DNA from: Proteromonas lacertae
Taxonomy: Eukaryota
Length of the DNA stretch: 27,760 nucleotides
Reading direction: 5' to 3'
Assembly (NCBI GenBank): GCA_002245135.1
Contig: NGBS01000611.1
Span: forward strand, 62,001 to 89,760
Positions within the stretch are counted from its first letter, which is position 1; each line of letters starts with the position of its first letter. The translations under genes and the position numbers were made by a program. The notes below the pieces were generated by a model. It did not search any database. It was not told where the DNA came from and saw only the letters and a list, made by a program, of their open reading frames with translations. Of this stretch, positions 11,597-22,900 are shown piece after piece.

Positions 11597-13798
11597 ATGT
11601 CATTGAATTCAACATCTCGAGAACAGAATGACGCGACATTTTATCAACTTCAAGGTATTATCGTAGGTAAACTAGAACATTATCTTGAAATGTGTAAGAA
11701 ACAATCACAAGAAATTGAGTCATTGAGAAAAGCACTTACAGAATTATTAAATGAGAATGATTTGTTAAGAAACTCTGTATCATCACTTCAACCACAAGTT
11801 CAATACTGTATTGAACATCACAAAAGTGAACCCTATCTTGATGCTGATAAAATTGTAATGCTACAGAGGGATTTGGCTAATAAAGAAATGTTACTCAAAT
11901 CTTCTCAAAGTGAGAATATTCGTAAAGACGAGTTGATAAAAAGCTTAAGAGAAAAAGACATAACCAACTTGAGAAGAGAAAGTGAAAGTTTACAAATACA
12001 AAACAAAATTCTTCAACAAAAAATGGATAAAGAAGAAAAAGGTAAAAATGAAATGCAAACTATACTAGATGATTTAAAAGAAAAGACTTCAAAATATGAA
12101 AATGAAATAAATTCATTAGCAGAGAAGTTAAAAGCATCTGATAACTTAGTTAATACTTTAAATGAACATAATTCTCAACTGAAAAATGAAAAAAATGAAA
12201 ATGATAAGAAATATGTAAAACTGTTTGATGATTTTAACAAACAAAATGAAAGAATAAAACAATTAGAAGAGATGAATAACAGCAATAATAATAGTTTAGT
12301 ATCTGAGAATACAAGGTTGAATAAAGAGAATGAAGAATTGAGAAATGAAAATGAAAATTTGAAGAATCAAATCCAAGGATTAGAAAGAAAATTGAATGAA
12401 ATTGAAGAAACTAAACAGAATCAAGTTAATGAGAAAAAGAAGAAAGAAAATTCAACTAAAAAGAGAATTGCTGAATTGGAAAAGAAGAATGATGAATTGA
12501 TAAAGTCTAATGATGATTTGAAAAAGAAGATGGAGAATAATTCAATAGAAATGAAAATGAAAGAAGATAAATCCAAAGACATGGAAACTGAAATAAACAA
12601 TATAAAGAATCAATTAGAATTGAAGTTAATATCTGAAAAGAATTATAAGCAGGATATAAAAGAAAAAACAAAAAAATAAAAGAATTAGAAAATTTAAAGA
12701 AACAAAATGAAATATCTATAAACGATAGTAAAAATGCAGATAGTAAATTGAATGAATTAAAAGATAAGTATAAAAAACTACAAGAAAACTATGAAATATT
12801 AGTTAAAGATTTAAAAACAAAGAACAATACAATCGAGGAAATGAAGTTAAATGAAGAAAATATTGAAGACAAGAATAAGAGAATTTTATCATTAGAAAAA
12901 GAGATGAAAGAAGTTCAGTCATCATTGAATACTACTACTGAGTTATTATTAGAAAAGAATAATGAATTATTATCTTTACAAGAAGCATTAAAATCATCTT
13001 CATCAGATGAAAAAAAGACAATTCTAGAATTACAGAATAAGATTGTGTCCTTAGAAAAAGAAATTGAAGAAAAGAATAATCGAATTGCTGAATTAGAGAA
13101 AGAATTAGATGAAAAGTATAGACAGATATTAGAAATGCAAAATAGTGATGATACAAGTTCTGTATAGATTAATTATCATTATATTATTAATAGATTTGTA
13201 GTGTTGAATCTATATCAACAGAAGCTACAGTTGAGCAAATGAAAAAAGCAGTTAAAAGATCATTAAAAGTGTTAATGAAAATGAAAACTCAAATTGCTGA
13301 GATTAATACATATGATCGAATACCAAAGCTCCATTCTCTTCAAGTTTTATTAGCAACATTGTATTTGTTAGGTTATATTAAAGAGATTAATTTTGAAAAT
13401 AAAAGTATATATATATTTATTTGTTATATGTTATATATTCCAATAGACTATAACCAAGCTCAGTGGAATAAAATCAGATCATTCTTTGGATATAAAATGT
13501 TTTCTCAAATGGATAATTATAATATTCTAGATCATCTAGGAGATGCTGATGCTGTAATTATTGAAAGAGTTAGTGGTATCATAATGCCACTGAATGTATA
13601 TACATTGCTATATTATCTTTGTGTATAGTATGAAGAGATTAGAAAATCTTCAAGTGCAATAGGTGCTATAATGCAATGGTTAAAGGTATATTCTTTATTA
13701 TATTAATAATTGATTAATAGTGTATGCTGAAGTTGTATGCTAAGGCGAAGAAAGAGATGAATGAATCATTTGGTGATTCAGAGACTATCAGTTCATAA
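11597..13798 (+). CDS. Long coiled-coil protein (~686 aa) with a C-terminal dynein stalk-head (microtubule-binding domain)-like region
   Basis: The ORFs at 11597 and 12748 join through a 1-nt shift in the A-run at ~12670-12676. Introns 13162-13193, 13405-13446 (in-frame), 13596-13628 and 13686-13720; TAA at 13796-13798. About 520 aa of E/K/N/L heptads are followed by KTQIAEINTY..LYLLG..WNKIRS..NYEEIRKSSSAIGAIMQWLKCM. Confidence 0.8.
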
Positions 13799-13805
13799 AA
13801 TATAA

Positions 13806-13828
13806 TGTTTATTATTTTAATGTTTGTA
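13806..13828 (+). terminator. Candidate Blastocystis-type polyadenylation signal (TGTTTATT / TGTTTGTA)
   Basis: Two 1-mismatch variants of TGTTTGTT lie at 13806-13813 and 13821-13828, just after the TAA at 13796-13798. Confidence 0.45.
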
Positions 13829-13935
13829 AAATTGGTGATAAATATACTTTCATCAAGATGAATTTTGAAAAGGAAAATATCACTAAAATATATTCGTTAC
13901 AGTAGATTTGAATTTATAACGAAATTTAATTTTTG

Positions 13936-16900
13936 ATGTCCATTTCATCAAATAATTATCAGACTCCTACCAGTATCATATATTCACTATTTTCATCTTA
14001 GAAAGTCTGAAATCGACCTCACTTAGTAAAGATTTTGAAGAACTCTTTGATAGAATATGTGAACTATATAGTAAAAATACTCCTGTTTTATATAATAGCA
14101 AATAAATCGTATGGATGTTGTATCAAGTACATTCTAATGATTACAGAGAATTTTGAAACAATCAACGTTCAGGACAATATGGGTATTATTATTGGAAAAT
14201 TTATATTTTTTAGAAGCTGAGCTGTTCAGAATTTTAGGAGACAGTTATTATAATTTATACATTAAAACAGATAATACTAATTACATCCAATCAGCCCAAG
14301 GTGCTTATACTCGTGCTTTAAAATATCCAATAATTTCAAATAATCCAGTAATATTACATCAGATATCACAGACTTTGTATGAAGCTGGAGATTATGAAAC
14401 ATCTTTAGATATCAACCTTAGAATCTTAAAAGAATTTACAAGCTATAAAAAGACAGCAGAATTAATGTTTTTAAATGGTTGTTTATACAAGCAGCTAAAG
14501 AAATATACCAATTCAGTTGAATGTTTTCAGAAGATATTATTACATCCACCCTATAATCTAACTACAGCAACAATTTGGTTTATTATAGCCACAATATTTG
14601 AAGAGTCAAACAGTGCTCAAGCCAATGCAGCATATCGTAGGTTCTATAGTACATTAGTAAGAGATGATAAGATGGATAAATACAAAGATTGGAATGAAGC
14701 AAGACAAGATAGAGATGTATGGGTAAAGATAGGAAAAACATTACATGATTTGGTATATTTACTGTTATTATATAATAGAGATATTTTACATTATGTAATG
14801 ATTTATTTTTAGAAGCGTATAAGATAAGTAACTCTGATGAAAGTGAATCAGATACAACTGTTAAAGGTAAAAACAGTAAATCAAATATTTGTAGTATGAT
14901 ATGTGAATCATCAATAAAATCTCAGAATAAAACATTATTTGATGAATATATAAGAAAGCCAGAATTGACTAAAGAAGAAATCAATAAATTACATAATATG
15001 GAAAAGACAATTAATAATGATTTAGATGTAGAGAAAGATGAAATCACTGAAAGGTTAATAGAATTAGAAAATAAAAAGTTAGAGGAATCTCGTCTTATTT
15101 CAAGATCATTACCATTACCAGAGAAACTATCAAAGAAGAGGAAAATATCATCAAGAAAAGAATCAGATGAAATAACAAAGTTAAAAAAGAGAATAGTAAA
15201 ATTAGAATCAGATAATAGGAATTATCAAAAGAATAGTAATCAAATTGAAGCATTATTAAAAGAATTAGAAGAAAAGAAGAGGGAGATTGCATATTTAAGA
15301 AAATTGTTGGATGAATTGAGAGAAAAAGAAAAGATGATAAAATCAGAAGAAAAAGAATCAAACGAGAAAGAAGGATTTGATATAGTGAAATTTTTACAAC
15401 AGAATAATAATCTTACTGCAGAACAAAAGAGAATATTATTACTTAGGAAAAGATGTTATGAATTATACAGTATATTAATATTATATATAATATATACATA
15501 TATATATAGATCAAAAATTGTACACTCAATGTTGTAAGTATGGTGAAATGATATTGAAGAGTATGAAGTATGCAAATCATCAAGATGATGAAGAAGGAGA
15601 ATTATTGAAAATAATTGGTGATAGTTATTATAAACTTTACTGTGATAATAATAATAACAATTATTTACATTCAGGAATTGATATTTTATCTAAATCATTG
15701 AAGTATCAGAGTAATATCAATAATCCATTCATTTATCATCAGTTAAGTCAGTTATATTATGAAGATGGTAATTATGAAGAATCTCTTTCTTTACATTCAA
15801 TTATCATATCAAAATATCCAAATTACTCTTATTTAAATGAAGTTATATTCCTCAGTGCTTGTGTGTTGAAATGTATGAAAGATTTTAAGAAATCTAAAGA
15901 GTTTTTACAACATGTTATTGATTCATTACCATCTGGTTTAACTCCTAATTCAATTTGGTTAATAATTGGTCATATTCAAGAAGAATCAGGAAATAAAAGT
16001 GATGGAATAAAATCATATCAAAATGCTTATAATACTTCTGATAATGATATCAAAAGTAAATATGAGAATGGAGAGGATTATAGTAATGATAATAGAACAT
16101 GGGATCATTTAGGTGATTTACTATTTGATTTAAGATATTTTTCATTAGCAAAAGATATGTATGAACATGAGTTATTACTCAATCCTCTAAATAAAGATGA
16201 AATATTGAAAAAAATATGTGTTGTGAATATAAAACAACATAATGTTAAAGGAATTGAAGATACAATCTCAAGAATGACTAATCCTGATGAAGTATTGAAA
16301 GATTTAATGAAAGAGATAGAAGTGATAAGAAATCCACCAGTGATTGATTTTAATAACATTGGTGATGAAAAAGCAAATGGTTTTATGTCATTACCTGATA
16401 TATCAAGTGATATCTTTACTAATCCACAGAAAATGATTGAGACAATATCCAAATTAAAAAGAGAATATGATGATCAAATGAAAGTATTGAATGATGAAGT
16501 AATGAAAAGGGAAAAATTACAAGAAGAATTAACAGAAATTAAAGAGAAAGAAGAAATCACATCAAAACAGAATAAAGAGTTGAAAGAGAAGGAAGAGAAG
16601 CTTAAAATCAAAGTTGAACAACTGATAAAATGTAATGAAACTATTCAAAATGAAAATTCTATTTTAAAAGAACAAAATGAAAGATATTCAAATGAGAATG
16701 ATAATATGAAAGTATCAATTAATCAATACGAAAATAAAAAGAATGAATTAGAGATAGAGTTATATGCATATAAGAAGAAGTTGGAGGAATTATCAAATGT
16801 TGATAAATTATATTCTTTAAAATTAGATCAAAATGAAAAATTGATAGAAGAACTAGATACAGTAAAGAATGAGTTGAAATTGAGAAAGAATTCAAATGAG

Positions 16901-19900
16901 ATTAAGGATTTAAATATTTCTGAACTAGAAAAGCAGATTAATGAATTAAAACAATCAAATGAAGTAATGGAAGAAGATAAAGATGTAGAGATGAAGAAAT
17001 TATTAAAAGAAATTGCAGATCTAAAGACTGAATTAAACACCGCTAAGGAAGATAATAAATCCAAAGATAATGAAATAACTGACTTAAGACAACTGTTTTC
17101 AGAAAAAATAGACACATGTAATAGTTTGACAAAAGATTTAAACACATTGACTGAAAAATTAAAAGAAGCTGAAAATAAGAATAATGAGGTTAAAATTACA
17201 CTTTCGAATCTAGATAAAGAATATGTTCAGTTACAGAATGAGTATAATGATATAAAGGAAGGAGGATTAGTATATAAAAACAAAATAAAGCAATTAGAAG
17301 AAGAAAAACAGATAATAGCAAATGATATTAAAACACTGACTGAAAATGTTCATAGTTTAGAAACAAATAAAGTTGAAAAAGAAAGAAGCATTTCAGACTT
17401 GATGAAAGATAAAGTGGAACTAGAGAATAAGATAGAAGAATTATCAAAACAACTGAGAGACTTGCCATATCTAAATGATTTATTGAAACAAAGATCTGTT
17501 GAAACAGCAAACTATAAAAAAGAAGCAGAAGAATTAAAAATAAAACTTGACATATCAGAGAGTAGAAAAGAAAGAGAAAATCCAACAATAAATATGAAAG
17601 AATTCTTCAAAGAACATGAAGCTGAGAATCTCGAAATGAAACGACTATTATTATTACGAAATCGTTGTTTCGAACTATTCAAGAATCAACAATATGAGAA
17701 ATGTATAAAATATGGTGAAATAATCCAAAATAAGATGAAAGAGAACAATTACAATGATGATGAAGAAGGTGAATTATATCGAATAATCGGTGAGAGTTAT
17801 TACAAGTTATACATAAATGATAATAATATAAATGAATTAATAAAGAGTCAAGAGAACTATGTGATAGCATTGAAATATACAAAGAATGCAGGAAATGCTA
17901 GTGTATTACATCGTATAAGTGAGATTTACTATGAAGGTAATAATTTCGATGCTAGTTTATCTTTATTGATATCTATAATCAATCGATTCCCAAATTATAA
18001 TCGATTGAACGAAGTAATCTTTTTATGTGGTTGTATATTGAAATCTAAGAAAGATTATAAACAAAGTATCGATTATTTCCAACATTTGGTGAATGTTTGT
18101 CCAAATGATTTTAAGAGTAGTGATATATGGTTAATAATTGGTTTATGTTTAGAAGAAAGTAATTCTAATCAAAATGTGACAAGTTATAAACGATATTATA
18201 GTAATTTAGATGAGCGAACAAAAGAATTATATAAGAATTGGGAAGATTGTTATAATGATAGTCGTACTTGGATGAATGAAGGTGACAAACTATACAAGAA
18301 TCGATATTTCAGTTTAGCTTATGATTTTTATGAAGAAAGTGCGAAACGCTCAAATTGTGATAAAGAGATATTGAATGAGAAAGAATGTTTATTAGGAACG
18401 AAAGAACACAATGATAAAATAATTGAAAAGAGTTATAATGATATAAAAGATGAAGAAAAGAAGAAAGATTTAGATGTAGAAATCGAAAAGAGTAAGAATG
18501 ATATAAAACCCAATTTCGATAGTAAGATGGATGAAGTTAGTGAAAATGTAATGATTATGGATGATTTTGATGCTGGTGTTTTTGAAGAGGAACAGATTCA
18601 AAAACATAATGAACTTTTAGAAGTGCTGTTTAAGAAACTCGAAAATGAAAATCTTTCGCTTAATGAAAAAATTGATTTGCTAAATAAAGAAATCTATTCT
18701 TTAAAGGAAGAGATTACTGAATTAAGAAAAGATAACGAACATAAAGAAAATAATATTCATGATTTAGCATCTCAATTAGTTACAGAATATAAATATAATG
18801 TTGATAAGGTAGAAAAAGAAAAGGTAGAATTACAAAAAGATATATTGGAGCAAAATAAAGAAATAGATGAATTAAAAAGTCAATTAAAGAATATTCCCAA
18901 GCTTGAAGATGATTTAAAAGAAAAGACTCAAAACATAAGTGATTTAGAGAAAGAAGTAAAAGACTTATTAGATAAGTTAAGTAAGAGTGGTGAAAAGAAA
19001 CTGAAAGAAAATCCAACAATAAATATGAAAGAATTCTTCAAAGAACATGAAGCTGAGAATCTCGAAATGAAACGACTATTATTATTACGAAATCGTTGTT
19101 TCGAACTATTCAAGAATCAACAATATGAGAAATGTATAAAATATGGTGAAATAATCCAAAATAAGATGAAAGAGAACAATTACAATGATGATGAAGAAGG
19201 TGAATTATATCGAATAATCGGTGAGAGTTATTACAAGTTATACATAAATGATAATAATATAAATGAATTAATAAAGAGTCAAGAGAACTATGTGATAGCA
19301 TTGAAATATACAAAGAATGCAGGAAATGCTAGTGTATTACATCGTATAAGTGAGATTTACTATGAAGGTAATAATTTCGATGCTAGTTTATCTTTATTGA
19401 TATCTATAATCAATCGATTCCCAAATTATAATCGATTGAACGAAGTAATCTTTTTATGTGGTTGTATATTGAAATCTAAGAAAGATTATAAACAAAGTAT
19501 CGATTATTTCCAACATTTGGTGAATGTTTGTCCAAATGATTTTAAGAGTAGTGATATATGGTTAATAATTGGTTTATGTTTAGAAGAAAGTAATTCTAAT
19601 CAAAATGTGACAAGTTATAAACGATATTATAGTAATTTAGATGAGCGAACAAAAGAATTATATAAGAATTGGGAAGATTGTTATAATGATAGTCGTACTT
19701 GGATGAATGAAGGTGACAAACTATACAAGAATCGATATTTCAGTTTAGCTTATGATTTTTATGAAGAAAGTGCGAAACGCTCAAATTGTGATAAAGAGAT
19801 ATTGAATGAGAAAGAATGTTTATTAGGAACGAAAGAACACAATGATAAAATAATTGAAAAGAGTTATAATGATATAAAAGATGAAGAAAAGAAGAAAGAT

Positions 19901-22900
19901 TTAGATGTAGAAATCGAAAAGAGTAAGAATGATATAAAACCCAATTTCGATAGTAAGATGGATGATATTTGTGAAGAAATTTTAAAGATTGAAGAGAATG
20001 ATTTAACTGAATTTGAAGATGAGCGATTAGGTGATAATCCATTTATAGAAGAAGAAAACAAACGATTGAAAGAAGAAATTTGTAAATTGGAGAAAGATTT
20101 AAACAGTAGTGAATTGAAGAATAATGATTTAGAGAAAGAGATGATAGATTTGAAGAAAGAACTAAATGATTTAGAGAATGTGAAGAAAGAGTTGATGGAT
20201 AAAACTCGAGATATTCCTAAGCTTGAAGATGATTTAAAAGAAAAGACTCAAAACATAAGTGATTTAGAGAAAGAAGTAAAAGACTTATTAGATAAGTTAA
20301 GTAAGAGTGGTGAAAAGAAACTGAAAGAAAATCCAACAATAAATATGAAAGAATTCTTCAAAGAACATGAAGCTGAGAATCTCGAAATGAAACGACTATT
20401 ATTATTACGAAATCGTTGTTTCGAACTATTCAAGAATCAACAATATGAGAAATGTATAAAATATGGTGAAATAATCCAAAATAAGATGAAAGAGAACAAT
20501 TACAATGATGATGAAGAAGGTGAATTATATCGAATAATCGGTGAGAGTTATTACAAGTTATACATAAATGATAATAATATAAATGAATTAATAAAGAGTC
20601 AAGAGAACTATGTGATAGCATTGAAATATACAAAGAATGCAGGAAATGCTAGTGTATTACATCGTATAAGTGAGATTTACTATGAAGGTAATAATTTCGA
20701 TGCTAGTTTATCTTTATTGATATCTATAATCAATCGATTCCCAAATTATAATCGATTGAACGAAGTAATCTTTTTATGTGGTTGTATATTGAAATCTAAG
20801 AAAGATTATAAACAAAGTATCGATTATTTCCAACATTTGGTGAATGTTTGTCCAAATGATTTTAAGAGTAGTGATATATGGTTAATAATTGGTTTATGTT
20901 TAGAAGAAAGTAATTCTAATCAAAATGTGACAAGTTATAAACGATATTATAGTAATTTAGATGAGCGAACAAAAGAATTATATAAGAATTGGGAAGATTG
21001 TTATAATGATAGTCGTACTTGGATGAATGAAGGTGACAAACTATACAAGAATCGATATTTCAGTTTAGCTTATGATTTTTATGAAGAAAGTGCGAAACGC
21101 TCAAATTGTGATAAAGAGATATTGAATGAGAAAGAATGTTTATTAGGAACGAAAGAACACAATGATAAAATAATTGAAAAGAGTTATAATGATATAAAAG
21201 ATGAAGAAAAGAAGAAAGATTTAGATGTAGAAATCGAAAAGAGTAAGAATGATATAAAACCCAATTTCGATAGTAAGATGGATGATATTTGTGAAGAAAT
21301 TTTAAAGATTGAAGAGAATGATTTAACTGAATTTGAAGATGAGCGATTAGGTGATAATCCATTTATAGAAGAAGAAAACAAACGATTGAAAGAAGAAATT
21401 TGTAAATTGGAGAAAGATTTAAACAGTAGTGAATTGAAGAATAATGATTTAGAGAAAGAGATGATAGATTTGAAGAAAGAACTAAATGATTTAGAGAATG
21501 TGAAGAAAGAGTTGATGGATAAAACTCGAGATATTCCTAAGCTTGAAGATGATTTAAAAGAAAAGACTCAAAACATAAGTGATTTAGAGAAAGAAGTAAA
21601 AGACTTATTAGATAAGTTAAGTAAGAGTGGTGAAAAGAAACTGAAAGAAAATCCAACAATAAATATGAAAGAATTCTTCAAAGAACATGAAGCTGAGAAT
21701 CTCGAAATGAAACGACTATTATTATTACGAAATCGTTGTTTCGAACTATTCAAGAATCAACAATATGAGAAATGTATAAAATATGGTGAAATAATCCAAA
21801 ATAAGATGAAAGAGAACAATTACAATGATGATGAAGAAGGTGAATTATATCGAATAATCGGTGAGAGTTATTACAAGTTATACATAAATGATAATAATAT
21901 AAATGAATTAATAAAGAGTCAAGAGAACTATGTGATAGCATTGAAATATACAAAGAATGCAGGAAATGCTAGTGTATTACATCGTATAAGTGAGATTTAC
22001 TATGAAGGTAATAATTTCGATGCTAGTTTATCTTTATTGATATCTATAATCAATCGATTCCCAAATTATAATCGATTGAACGAAGTAATCTTTTTATGTG
22101 GTTGTATATTGAAATCTAAGAAAGATTATAAACAAAGTATCGATTATTTCCAACATTTGGTGAATGTTTGTCCAAATGATTTTAAGAGTAGTGATATATG
22201 GTTAATAATTGGTTTATGTTTAGAAGAAAGTAATTCTAATCAAAATGTGACAAGTTATAAACGATATTATAGTAATTTAGATGAGCGAACAAAAGAATTA
22301 TATAAGAATTGGGAAGATTGTTATAATGATAGTCGTACTTGGATGAATGAAGGTGACAAACTATACAAGAATCGATATTTCAGTTTAGCTTATGATTTTT
22401 ATGAAGAAAGTGCGAAACGCTCAAATTGTGATAAAGAGATATTGAATGAGAAAGAATGTTTATTAGGAACGAAAGAACACAATGATAAAATAATTGAAAA
22501 GAGTTATAATGATATAAAAGATGAAGAAAAGAAGAAAGATTTAGATGTAGAAATCGAAAAGAGTAAGAATGATATAAAACCCAATTTCGATAGTAAGATG
22601 GATGATATTTGTGAAGAAATCTTAAAGATTGAAGAGAATGATTTAACTGAATTTGAAGATGAGCGATTAGGTGATAATCCATTTATAGAAGAAGAAAACA
22701 AACGATTGAAAGAAGAAATTTGTAAATTGGAGAAAGATTTAAACAGTAGTGAATTGAAGAATAATGATTTAGAGAAAGAGATGATAGATTTGAAGAAAGA
22801 ACTAAATGATTTAGAGAATGTGAAGAAAGAGTTGATGGATAAAACTCGAGATATTCCTAAGCTTGAAGATGATTTAAAAGAAAAGACTCAAAACATAAGT

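Noticed and set aside
12665..12690. AAA-TAA at a frame change, resembling Euplotes-type programmed frameshifting
   Set aside because: It is a single case in a 7-A run. The other frameshifts (PMR1, pelota, array) lack this motif and look like homopolymer errors.
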